From Podarcis erhardii (lineage: Eukaryota): a stretch of DNA of 64,000 nt. Where the stretch lies: assembly GCA_964252035.1 (NCBI GenBank), contig OZ176205.1; one strand, written 5' to 3'. Below are positions 48,483 through 59,800 of the stretch, in pieces (position 1 is the stretch's first letter; every line of letters begins with the position of its first letter). Under the pieces are notes generated by a model. It ran no database searches. It was given only the letters and a program-made list of their open reading frames with translations, and had not been told where the DNA came from. The position numbers and the translations under genes were made by a program.

Positions 48483-51400
48483 ACTGGAATTAACATTTTT
48501 TTATCTCTTTTAGTGGTACCAGCTACACCCATTATTATCCGGATTGTAGACTCTACGTTATTTAAGACTACAATACATTGGGAAAAGCAAACTGCAATCA
48601 ATGAAACTTATTGTGAAGAACGATACAAGGAGAAGACAGGCGAAACTTGGCATGTGAGGCAACCCATTCTGGGTTTTGTATGTACCATAAGCAGTGGTTT
48701 GGCTGCCTCTTTTCATTGATTTTGGTGCTAAACCTTCCATACACAACTTTATATAGTAGTAAGATTTCAATAGCTTCCTAGGCAGTCTTACAAATACAAG
48801 AGTTTTACAAAGACATTGATGTGAAATGTTCCCTGCTCCTAGGATGCGTATGTTGCATATATTCATATACCTTCTGCGTTTTGGTGAAACTGATTTTTTT
48901 ATTTCTTATTGTACCCTTTTAATAGACAAATAGTATGTGTCCCTGACAGTTTACCCTGATGGAGTGTGGCCCTCAGCAGGAAAAAGTTTCCTCACCTCTA
49001 TTTTATGAAATAAACTTGCATCCAACAAAGACTTAGAGCCCATCTGTAGTACACTGTCTTTGGATGTTTATTATTAGTGTAAGGATTGATGTCACTGACT
49101 TATGGATACACAACTATATGTATACAGGGCCAGCTCTCCTGTATGTATACGGGGGGGATATATTAGTATACATAAAAAGTTCACACATAATATTTTGTAC
49201 CTACATGAAGAAAACATGCTACCTGGGATAGTATAGAGCAGCCTTCCCAGATGTTAGGTCCCTAGATACTATTGCACTACAGCTCCCTTCATTCCTAGCC
49301 AGCATGACCAGTTGCCAGGGATGATGGGAGTTTTAGTGCACAAACATCTGGGACTACAGTTGTTGGTATAGTGGCTAAAAGACCGAGCATAGTTGCTAAA
49401 AGGATGAACATAACCAGACAGTCCTAGTTTGAATCTGACTTTGTGCCATGAGCTCACAAGGTAGCCTTAGGCAAGCCACTCTTCAGCCTAAGTCCCCTCA
49501 TCTGCTACATGGGAGATAAGAGTGATTTGGCTTACAGGTGTAATTTTATATTGCTTGTGAAGCACTTTGAACACTTGAAAGTACTATGTTGTTGTTTATA
49601 CTAGGAATAGCAATACAGAAAGGAACACACACTTATTTGAGCTTGTTATCATGAGCATACAATTCATACTAACAATTTAAGTTGTAGGTATCTCTCTTCT
49701 ACCTCATGTAAAGTAACTGAGTGAATCAGACTACACCCAGCATAATTCACTCTAATAGTGGTATCCCATCCACTGAAATAGAAGAGAGATTCCTTTGGTA
49801 CAATTTTACTTATATTTAATTGTGAGTGGTCTGAACAGTCCTCATGCAATAAGATAGGTTAATCCAGACCAGTGTCTCCCATTTTTTTTATATAACAGAG
49901 GAACACTACCTTTCTGAACTGAAATTGAAAAAGGATGTTCAACAACAAAAACAAAAAGAAACTGAAGATACGCCTCACCTTTATAAATATACAGAGATCC
50001 ATGACTTTGGGCTCACAAGAGCAAATGCTTTGAAAACATTTTTTTATCTTGACACACCAGAACTTTTTTTTTATGCCGGTGATTTTGTAATCTCTGATCT
50101 AGACAGTGGATAGAACAATACATAATTGTCCTGTCGCTTTTCCATTTTAGGTTAGAAAATGGAATGCTGACTTTAAAAGGGAACATCAAACTGAGTACAA
50201 TTTAGATGCATACATGGAGTATGAGTTTCAAGTTAGATGCAAACTAACTCATGCCCAAAGCTTTTGGAGCAAATGGAGCGAATCTGCAGTGCATATGACT
50301 CCTGAGGCAGGTGAGTTTCACTGCTCTCTCTTCCCTGACCTCCGAGTCCTTTTTTCAGCTGTACAGAGAGGATTGTAACAGGAATGCTTCAAGGGATTTA
50401 AGCTGCAACAAGCCAACCAAGCATAACATTCTGAGCACATTTTCAGCACCAAGTGTGCAAAGGAAGCTGTACCTTAATCAGCTCAGGAACTGGAATACCT
50501 GATTATATCTTTGGTTGCGCTCTTATTTCCTGTGTTGTCTTCTACAGATTGTATCACTTTGGTAGCAAATATTACCTCATTGTGGTGTTATGAATCTTAA
50601 AAGTCCATGGAAAAATCCCCTGATAAGAGAGAGAGTATATACCCTATTTCAGTTTCAGTTGCACAATACAGTGTGAGCTGGAAATTCATTCATAAATCGA
50701 AAAGTGAAATGATTGTGCCTATCCTGTCTCTACAGCAGAGGAGTCAACAACAACCTTTCCCCCTCCTTTGAAGTTCTGTATGCAAATAAAAGTAAATTCC
50801 AGCACAATCCTATGCATCTTCACTAAGAAGTAAGTCCCATTGAGTTCAGTGAGGCATTAGGAGTGGGAAAGCCTCCTTAGACATTATAGAGAATCATAGA
50901 ATTGTCGAGTTGGAAGGGACCCTGAGAGTTATCTCATCCAACCCCCTGCAACGCAGGAGTTTCAATTAAAGTATCCATGACCTATGGCCATCCAATCTCC
51001 GCTCAAAAACCACCAAGAAAGGAGAGTCCACCACCTATCATGGGCGTCAGTTCCACTGCCAAACAGTTTTTACTGTCAAAAAGTTATTCCTGATGTTTAG
51101 TCAATCTCCTTTCTTGTAACTTGAAGCCATTGGTTTGGCTCCTACCCTCTGGAGCAGGAGAAAACAAGCTTGCTCCATCTTCCATGTGATGGCCCTAGCT
51201 ATTTGAAGATGACTATCATATCTCCTCTCACTCTCCTCTTTACCAGGCTAAACATACTCAGTTCCCCCAAATTGTTCCTCATAAGGCAAGTAGCCTTATG
51301 TAACCAGAAGTGGATTTTGTGTGTGGATGGACTATGAGCTTAGTTCTGGTACTTAAAACAAATTCCTACATCCAGAACTGTTTAGTTCTATGTCTTTTTT

Positions 51401-54400
51401 GCACTGACCTCTGGCAGATCTTAGGGTTCTGATCTTTTGTGAAAAGAAACAAAAGTAGATTTTGCAAGCCTGAAATCTGCTCATCCTAAGGGAGCTGTAA
51501 GGCCAGCAAGGCAGGCAAACAAACTTCCCATAGTGATGTGTGTACTATCTTCTATATGAAGCTCCATATTCAACACAGTAATTTAGAAGTTCAGATATTT
51601 ATTAATGAGTAAGTACACACACAATGTGTACAACATCTGTCAATTGGACTCCACTCTTTCTATCAAAGCTGACTACCCGATTTCGTGTGTGTGTTTTACA
51701 GCATCTTAAACTAAGCAGGCTATAAAAAAAAGAAGTTAAACAAATCTACTAGGCCAGGCCGAAATTGCTCTAAGCAGGCTCCCTCTAAGGGGCATGAGAG
51801 TTGCAGGGTGGGCAGCAGCACTAGGCTTTGCTTTGCCTCCACCTGCAGCAACAGTGGCAGCCTCAGAGGGCAGGGGAAGGCCACAACCAAGGATGGCTGA
51901 CAACAGAAGGTGAAACTCTGAGCCACACAGCCTCATTTGCCTAATGTGCCGCTGCAGTGCTCTTAGGCATGGGAAGGCAAACTAAGGCCCGGGGGCCGGA
52001 TCCGGCTCAATCACCTTCTGAATCCGGCCCACGAACGGTCCGGGAATCAGCGTGTTTTTACATGAGTAGAATGTGTGCTTTTATTTAAAATGCATCTCTG
52101 GGTTATTTGGGGGGCATAGCAATTTGTTCATTCCCCCCCCAAAAAATATAGTCTGGCCCCCCCACAAGGTCTGAGGGACAGTGGACCAGCCCCCTGCTGA
52201 AAAAGTTTGCTGACCCCTGCTCTTAGACCTCTAGGAGCCTTTATCACAATACAGTGGTACCTCGGGTTACATATGCTTCAGGTTACAGACTCTGCTAACC
52301 CAGAAATAGTAACTCGGGTTAAGAACTTTGCTTCAGGATGAGAACAGAAATCATGTTCCGGTGGTGCGGCAGCAGCAGGAGGCCCCATTAGCTAAAGTGG
52401 TGCTTCAGGTTAAGAACAGTTTCAGATTAAGAACGGACCTCCGGAACGAATTAAGTACTTAACCTGAGGTAATACTGTAAGCTGTTTTAGTAGAAATAGT
52501 AGTAGTGACCCCTGCTGGCAAAACAAATGAATAGTACAAAGAACTTACCAAGTGCTTCATCCATTTTTGAGGGGGAAATGGCTGGCTTTCAGGAATAAGC
52601 CTCCTGTTTTTACTACCTCTTGCTGCACCTTTAATACATGGCAGGGAGGCATGCATCAGCTAAAGCCGTTCTCCTCACTCCCCTAGAGAAAAGCTGCACC
52701 TCTTGAATTTGTTAGCTGTTAAAATTCTTGGAATTCAGCACAACCTATTTCTGTTTCAGCCAAAACTTGTGGGCATAGTCTGCCAATTAGCGATTACTTG
52801 TTGTTTTGTCAAATAATCAATTAGCCACCATATTGTTGCCTGAATCGGGGCTGACCCAAGATGCTTTGCTACCTGAAGCTCAGTTGCATCATTAAGTAGG
52901 CAGAGTGAGACTACCTCATTGCAGCTGGCTTTGTGTGCCATGAAAAGGCAGCAGTGGATTTTCATTTTATTTTTTTACTGCCTGGTAGGTGGGAGAGGTG
53001 CTTGAGGAATTTTCTGCCTCAGGCACCAGAAAACTTAGCTGGCTTTGGGGACTTTCTGGAGGTGACCAACAATTAGTGCCCAAATACTCGAAGTCAAGGC
53101 GTGTTTTATCTAATTGTGGTCTTGTTATTCTAGTAGATGAGGCAAATGATCTCACATGTCTCTCTTCCTACCTGGCACAGTCATAATAAATTTAATAACA
53201 AGCAATATCCTGCTCTTTCAGAACACCTAAAAATTGACTGCCTCAGGTGGCTGCCTCACTATGCCTAATGATTAGGGTCAGCCTGGCCTGAGGAAGTGAG
53301 GAGTTCAAAAGCCTAACTCACTAAGAAACAAAGCTGTATTCTTGGGAAATACTGTAATGTGGCCTAGCAGTAGAGACCACTAGTAATCCTGAATTCTGGA
53401 TAAGAGCCTGATAATGCCCCATTGGAAGCAGACTCATAGACAGGGTTATGGGCAGAGGCATAACTAGGCTCCCTTGCGCCCTTGGCAAGGAGATGTTGAT
53501 TGCCCAGGGCAGCAAAGGAGTGGCCCTGGGAGCATGCGGGAAGGCAGGCAAGCTCCTAGCCACTTCAAGCCTGAGTGGAGATGTGCAACTTTTGCACATA
53601 CACCCTGTCCCTACACCCTTGGCAAGGGCCAACCTTGTCAGCCGTACCCACCTCCAGGTACACACCTGTTTATGGGCTAAGCACCTTACAAGTCATTGTC
53701 AGCTCAGACAAGGGAACTTTCACAAAAAGTGGCCTATGGCTGGTATATTACCTTGAGACAGGTCTTTCATATGTGACTGAAATGCCCTTAAATTGCAGAT
53801 TTTGGTGGGGCAGTCTTTAGTGAGATTTCTTTAGTAACAAAATAGACCATCACTCCTTCCCCATACCTGATTCTAATAAATCTACATATAGATGTGGATA
53901 GAGATAAAAAAATAAAGAACACATTTGCACCTACTAGTGGCAGCAATAAGAGCTGATTCTAATGTATTTAAATATTCTTTCTTGTTAGTTTTTATGTTTT
54001 TAAAGGTAAAGGTAAAGGGACCCCTGACCATTAGGTCCAGTCGTGGCTGACTCTGGGGTTGCACGCTTATCTCGCTTTACTGGCCGAGGGAGCCAGCGTA
54101 CAGCTTCCGGGTCATGTGGCCAGCATGACTGAGCCGCTTCTGGCGAACCAGAGCACCGCACGGAAACGCTGTTTACCTTCCCGCCGGAAGGTGCTCTTTT
54201 ATATGACGTCCTTTTGAACTGCTAGGTTGGCAGGAGCAGGGACCAAGCAACGGGAGCTCACCCCGTCGCGGGATTCAAACCGCCGACCTTCTGATCGGCA
54301 AATCCTAGGCTCTGTGGTTAAACCCTTTTTATGTTTTTAGCTCTGTACTATTTGATTTTTCTTTTCTTAGCAGAGCCTGTGCTTTTCTGCCAAATAGGAT

Positions 54401-57082
54401 GGTCTAGTGGCAACCTCTAGTCTTTATTTCCCACGCTGCTGTAGATCACCATACACACAGAAAACACCTCATTAGCTCCAAATGTTCACAGTTAGGATTT
54501 TGCAATAGATGCCTTTGCTCTTTTATATATATGGAAGACCAAAACAACAAATAACAGACCAAGCCAGACTTTTTACCATGATTTAAATTGAAAGTCAGTG
54601 GGCAAAAAAACCCCTCATATTCAGATTTATTAATTATTATTATTTTTTGCATTTTGTTTGTTTATCTGCAGAACCTTCTTCTATACTCGATGTGTGGAGG
54701 TTTCTGGGGCCAACGTACCCGAATGGTAGCCAAGAGGTGGTCATCTTAATCAAGGTGATATTTTCCTCCTTTCCAGACTGAACACATTGCAGGTTAAGGG
54801 AGTCCAGGGTGGTTTTATTTTCACAAGGTCTAGAATTCAGAAAGGTATTAAAAATATAAGGCAGTTTCTTCAGTTGGGGCCAATACTGGGAAGAATCTAT
54901 CATGGGGTTGTATTTTGACTCAATAACATCACTCTAAAGGCTAGGAAAAAATACACAACTGCATACAGTAAACATTAGAAATGCCACTTTCTTACTTGAT
55001 TCTAAGAATTTATTTAAATAAGGAAAAACAGCTGGGGAGGGGACAACTTGGAGAGGTGAAGCAGCAGGGAAAGAGTTAAGTAACCCTTCCCCGGCTGCTT
55101 TCCCACACTCCTGGTGACTACAAACAGTGAGGCTCTTCTTTGCAGTGGCTTCTGTTGCAGTGGTTGGCAAGCAGCTAAGGAAATGCAGGTTTAATCACAT
55201 TTTCCCCTTAGCTGCTGTGCATGTGAAACTGCATGAACCCCCCCCCCAAAAAAAACCCCACAATGCAGCTTTCTAAAGGCAATTATCTTCCTTTCTCCTC
55301 CTTCTCTTCCTTCCCACATCCCAGCCATTTTTTCCTAAGGAGAGCAGAGGAAGAATTTTGGGCTACAGGGTGTTCTATGAAAACCAAGGAGAAATTGTGG
55401 ATTTATGTAAAATGACAGAAACAAAATGCCAGGTTTTGGTTCCCCCAGCAGTTACCACTCTCCATGTGACAGCACATAATTCAAAAGGAAGTTCCAAACC
55501 TGCGAATATTACAGTGAACCAACCTCCCCATAGTTTCCATGGTAAGATACTGTACTTAAAAACTTTTGAGAAATGGATAATGCATTGTTAAATTGTGTCA
55601 GAAAAGAAACTGACCCTATGATTTCCCAACATTCAGACCCCCACCAACTGTAAGCATAATGTATTAACGCACAAACAGGACTACTTTCATCCATTACTAC
55701 AATCCCAGTTTTGGAGATGCCAAACCAGATAAGTATTCCATTTCAGCAAAAGTATGAAAGATAAAGCAAAAAGCTGACATCTAAAAATATCAAATTCCAT
55801 TTTAAAATTATGTCTTAGCCATCATGACTTTTAAAAACAACAACTGAGGACATTATGGGAATGACTGCTATCAAGTTTAAAATGAGTTGGAATTCATAAA
55901 GGACTTGATTCCTGGTGTGCTGTGCAAAAGAGGGGGTTTCAGCAGATACAGCTATAGGTAGGGGTGGACTTTGGTACTATGGCGCCCTGAGCTAGGCCAA
56001 AAGTTGATGCCTCTCCACAGCCCTCAGGACATGCTGGGCTTTGGAAAGGAGGTGTGAGGTTTCCGGCAGGGTCCTACAGCCCTCCCACCTCCTCCCCAAA
56101 CTGGATAAGCACTAACTAGGCTTTGGAAAGGAGAACGGAGGGCTCTAGGACCCTAGGAAGCTGTCAGAGCCCTCACATCTCCTTCCCATGGCTGGGCAAG
56201 TGCTTACGGGTCTTCTCTTCTTGACAACCAGTGCAAAGAGAACCAGTCATGTTACCCTCAATCCGCCTCTGCTATATGACAAGCTACACTTGCTGAAATT
56301 CCCTCTTCTGTACAAAAGATGCAGGATCCCTGTTCTTTTTTCCACCTGGTCACCCTAGGTGAATGACAATCTAAGAAATACACCTTTGCAGTCCCATTAA
56401 TGCCAGAGGGGTTTACGACACGGGATTGCACTCCTAGATGGATCCTGTAGAATAATCATGACAATATTTTTGTCATTTCTGCTCTCTCAACATGACAGAG
56501 AAAGCTAGTACTGCAATTCCAAAGTTCTGTCCTGGTTTTGGACAAGCTTCTCCTTTCTAGCTTCACAGGATGCTTCTAGCTGTTCTGCTTTCGTAGGAAT
56601 TGATGGTTCCTAGAGAGTCCAGCTCAGTACAACAATCCCTGAGGAGCAACAGAAATTTTATTCCAGTTAACTATGTGATGCTAAAAGAGGACCTTATCAA
56701 AATTCTAGCTCTTTACCACCATCCACTTGGGTTGTAGATCGGCCTAGAAATGTTGAGAACACAGGTGCTTAACACAGGTGCCCAGGTTTACTCTCTGAGC
56801 TGATTCTCAGGGACGATTCACACCCCAGCCAGCACCTCTTTAATCTTCTACCCTCCGGCAGGAGATATAGAAGTATAATCAGTTGTACCAACAGGCTAAA
56901 AAACAGTTTCTATCCGTGGGCTGTTAGGCTGCTGAACAGAAAATAATATAGTGCAACTGACTTTCGGGGTTGGTGTGTTGTGCGACAAGCACACAGAGTG
57001 CAATGAGATTGAACGTTTGTGGGGGGCGGGAGGGAGGCTCGGTTACTTTCATTGTACACAGGTTGTACATTGACAATAAAGG

Positions 57083-57113
<31 letters not shown>

Positions 57114-58581
57114 CATTCAGCAACTGCAGAAGTGGTAAATATATTATACTTCCAAAATGTCCATCACTTTGATGAGCTTCTCTGGAATCCATGTGTGTAT
57201 ATGAAGGCATTTGTCTTATCTTGCTGCTGCAGGAACAGTAGATCAGAATTTGAGGAGAGGAATGTGGTCATAGTTGGATGACATCATAGGCAAGGGTCCT
57301 AGACACTCTTTTGCCCATTGGTGGATGAGTATAGCTAACAGGGAGCTTGCAGGAGGAGGAGGAGGAGGAGGAGGAGGAGGAGGAGGCGGAGGAAAAATGT
57401 TTCTCTGGGTTCTTTCCCTCCAGTTATACAATTTCCTTGATCCTTATTGACATTGATCTTTCTAGTGTATGCACTTAGCTTAAAGAAAATGTCTATATCC
57501 TCACTTGGTTGATTTCCAGTGTGCCAGATGGAGATAAAGAAGCTGCACTCCACTTTATGCTCCCCATCAATACACCCTTCGCTCATTTCAAGGGCACCTT
57601 CTTCCTATTGCAAAACTATTTCAAATATTTTGCTAGATTTTATACAACAGTCAAGTCATCCCTGATGCTTTTCCCTGTAGATTTCCCACCACCTACCAAC
57701 ATGCAAATGAACCGCGATGAACAGAAAGGGATTTCTGTTGTATGGGAACCTCCCCAACCAATTGGAAAAATAGTTTTGTGGTACATAGTGGAATGGACGT
57801 CTGCAGATTTCAGACGTGGACTTGTGTGGAAAAAAGTCCCCATCCAAAACACAACAACATATATCAAAGGTAAAATATAAGTCAACTCTTTTTAGGGGCC
57901 TTCATGATATGTTGGGCTGATGACATGCATAGCTTCTTAGACCCAGAATAATTGAGCCGCTCAGGAACAGCCAACATGGCGCCCTGCAGATGCTCTCAGA
58001 CTACAACTCCCATCAGTCCCAGACAACCTAGCTTATACTCAAAGACGATGGAAGCTGTTGTCCAATAACATCTGGAGGGCACCAGGTTTGCTACCCCAGG
58101 AGTGGATTTTGCAAACATGAAGAATCACTTTTAGTGAAATCTGTTTTCCTCACCCTTGGTCACCAAAAGACAACAAACATACCAAACCTACAAGCAAACT
58201 TAGCAAAGACTACCAAAATTAACATGGACAAATAGAGCTACTGTAGGAACAAAATATAAGAAACCCACATAGAGCCACCTGAGCTGCTTATTTGGAGAAA
58301 GGGATACAAATGTGATAAAACATTCTAAAATGACTGTCTGCTCCCCCACCCTTCCCCAAGAAGTCAGAACAAAATCATGGGATTAGAATTCATTGGTTCT
58401 TATTTCTGAAGTTTTACTCATGATTCCTTTTTAAAAAATTATACAGTAGAACTTATTTTCATGATTAAAATAAATGAATAAAACCTCATCCTTACAGAAA
58501 ATGTCAGAATGGGGCATAACTTCAACATTTCAGTGTATGTTGTGTATCAAGATGGCATCAGCAAGGCCTGTTCCATCCCAA
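40267..58581 (+). CDS. IL23R: Interleukin-23 receptor (long, gp130/IL12RB2-like ectodomain), 5' part; TM and cytoplasmic exons not in window
   Basis: Exons 40267-~40366 (signal peptide), 43156-43446, 44819-44942, 46781-46944, 48514-48653, 50151-50310, 54672-54754, 55325-55541, 57681-57869, 58498-58581; all from 43156 on are GT-AG and phase-consistent. INKTT, CVVYEYSDNMTCTW and HLDDLV match recalled IL23R (INKTT, CVIYEYSGNMTCTW, HLDDIV). Syntenic after C1orf141. Confidence 0.85.
41408..41770 (-). mobile_element. CR1 LINE 3' fragment
   Basis: taagaac..gagctgccagatt.ggccaatggcccttctagtccagcat.ctgttctcacagtggcca, a CR1 3' end (reverse complement). Confidence 0.65.
42640..42965 (+). mobile_element. 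CR1 LINE ORF2 fragment
   Basis: ggaccttggatgac..gagattgtagagaagctaaacc.attatttgca..ttcttcacggtagaagat; ccgggtccgaatggtatccac (PGPDGIH-like). Confidence 0.6.
43156..43446 (+). CDS. IL23R: IL23R Ig-like domain (D1) exon
   Basis: ccctcag|AT ACT ATA CAT TGT...GTG GGC C|gtaagt; within track ORF 43113..43454. Confidence 0.92.
44819..44942 (+). CDS. IL23R: IL23R D2 exon a (124 nt)
   Basis: ttgtag|AT TCA CCG GAC...TTG AAA AG|gtaaga; SPDMPANLTCVVYEYSDNMTCTWDPGKNT. Confidence 0.93.
46781..46944 (+). CDS. IL23R: IL23R D2 exon b (164 nt)
   Basis: ttatag|T TTT CAG...GAT CTA G|gtagtg; FYVGVYAENHLGTNNSEELYVHLDDL. Confidence 0.9.
48052..48300 (-). mobile_element. RTE-clade LINE 3' end
   Basis: FEDTRTQNAREKRAKRK...CPLCGSRIGLHSHLRTH (track ORF 48111..48302), an RTE terminal C2H2-like finger. 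Confidence 0.8.
48444..48483. repeat. (TAG)n microsatellite ~30 nt upstream of an IL23R acceptor
   Basis: Direct reading. Confidence 0.95.
48514..48653 (+). CDS. IL23R: IL23R D3 exon a (140 nt)
   Basis: ttttag|TG GTA CCA...TGG CAT|gtgagg; KTTIHWEKQTAINETYCEERYKEKTGETWH. Confidence 0.9.
50151..50310 (+). CDS. IL23R: IL23R D3 exon b with WSKWS motif (160 nt)
   Basis: ttttag|GTT AGA AAA...GAG GCA G|gtgagt; YEFQVRCKLTHAQSFWSKWSESAVHMTPEA. Confidence 0.93.
50886..51287 (-). mobile_element. CR1 LINE 3' end
   Basis: gaatcatagaattgtcgagttggaagggaccc..tccaaccccctgcaa, the canonical CR1 tail in reverse. Confidence 0.8.
51964..52219. mobile_element. hAT-type MITE
   Basis: ggcaaactaaggcccgggggccggatccggc ... 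aaaagtttgctgacccctg. Confidence 0.8.
52252..52477. mobile_element. Tc1/mariner MITE copy 3
   Basis: TA|cagtggtacctcggg...cctgaggtaatactg|TA. Confidence 0.85.
54000..54325 (-). mobile_element. Sauria SINE (Squam1), slightly 5'-truncated with an internal deletion
   Basis: Same sequence as 32668-33025; flanking direct repeat tttttatgttttta. Confidence 0.9.
54672..54754 (+). CDS. IL23R: Extra FN3 (D4) exon a (83 nt)
   Basis: ctgcag|AA CCT TCT...ATC AAG|gtgata; EPSSILDVWRFLGPTYPNGSQEVVILIK. Confidence 0.85.
55325..55541 (+). CDS. IL23R: Extra FN3 (D4) exon b (217 nt)
   Basis: cccag|CCA TTT TTT CCT...TTC CAT G|gtaaga; ESRGRILGYRV...VTAHNSKGSSKPANITV. Confidence 0.88.
56795..57110 (+). mobile_element. 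Rex1/Babar LINE, 5'-truncated 3' end
   Basis: ILRDDSHPSQHLFNLLPSGRRYRSIISCTNRLKNSFYPWAVRLLN*, then 3'UTR, caataaag and a (tat)n tail. Confidence 0.85.
57351..57393. repeat. (GGA)n microsatellite
   Basis: Direct reading. Confidence 0.95.
57681..57869 (+). CDS. IL23R: Extra FN3 (D5) exon a (189 nt)
   Basis: ctgtag|AT TTC CCA...ATC AAA G|gtaaaa; ISVVWEPP...WYIVEW...LVWKKVP. Confidence 0.88.
58498..58581 (+). CDS. IL23R: Extra FN3 (D5) exon b (84 nt)
   Basis: ttacag|AA AAT GTC...ATC CCA A|gtaagt; ENVRMGHNFNISVYVVYQDGISKACSIP. Confidence 0.85.
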
Positions 58582-59479
58582 GTAAGTACCATTGGGGCCA
58601 TTGTAAGGGGACTGGCACTATTTCATAGTGTACTGTGTTTGAGCTAAACTTCCTCTATGGTATGGTCATATCTCCCTGACTAAAAATATTTTTCAATGTG
58701 TTGATGTGTATATGGTAATTATCTTATTCAAACTGGAATAAGATAGTTTCGGGGCATTAACTGGAATGAAACCTTTCCTTAAAAGGTGTGGATGAGGACA
58801 TGTTTCATAAATAATGTACAGTACACACATTTGTTTGCTGTATGTACCCATATTGCTCTGTAGAAGATGTGAGAGCCATACTAATCTTTCATGTTCACTG
58901 TGTGTGTATATGTCAGAGCGAGCAGCAACTGGCCCTGATTCACTTGCGTACGTACAGGAAAAAACTAAAGATAAGCATGACTTTCACATAATTAGAAGAA
59001 ACATACTAAATCAGACATTCTTGCTCATTTCTGTTAACTTGCCTTTAGTTGTATTACATCCTTTGATTTTAAAGTTCTTCCATCAGAGATGCTGTATAAG
59101 ACTGTTAGATAACCAAAGCATTTCTACACCATGAATAATAATGCCTTGATAGGAATTAAGGCGAATTTGCCAAGGACAATGAAAAGTAATAAGTTTGCTG
59201 GAATGACTTTTATGCCCAGCCTTGATTAAGCAGATTATTGTGAAATAGTAGATACTGTACCACAATTATGTAAAGTGTTACTGGATTCCATTCAAAGTAA
59301 TACAAAGGCTTTAACTGCTGAATCAGGGGACCCTTCTGTCTATCAAGGTGTATTACTGTGCTCTTACATACAGATCCAACCCCTGTGTCCTCAATAATAT
59401 TAGTAATAAAAATTTTATTATGTTTTTTATATGTCCTGGAAGCCTCCCAGAGTGACCGGGGAAACCCAGCCAGATGGGT

Positions 59480-59800
59480 TTAATATTATCAAATTTATTA
59501 TCTGCCCTTCATCAACAGGTCCCAGGACAGTTTAAAACAGCTGAAAATTAAAAACAGTTAAGGCAGATTACAATCACAAGAACAGGGTGGTCCTGAAAGC
59601 ACAAAGGGTAAAGAGGTGTGTTTCCAGCATTTAGTGAAAGCTGTATTGTGAGGAAGCCAGATACACTTCTACAGGGAGAGGAGTCCACAACTTAGGAGCT
59701 GCCATAGAAAATGCACTCTCCTGGGCCACCACAACCCAAACTTCTGAGAGTGGTGGAACTACCAAGAGGGCACCCTCTGCTGATCTTAACACCCAGGAGT
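59480..59800 (-). mobile_element. L2 LINE 3' fragment
   Basis: gggagaggagtccacaacttaggagctgccatagaaaatgcactctcc..ggcaccctctgctgatctta. Confidence 0.55.

Noticed and set aside
43156-50310. IL12RB2 as the identity of the whole receptor
   Set aside because: D1-D3 peptides (INKTT, CVVYEYSDNMTCTW, HLDDLV, KTTIHW, YEFQVRC) resemble IL23R more than IL12RB2, and the gene is first after C1orf141. Phylogeny is still needed.
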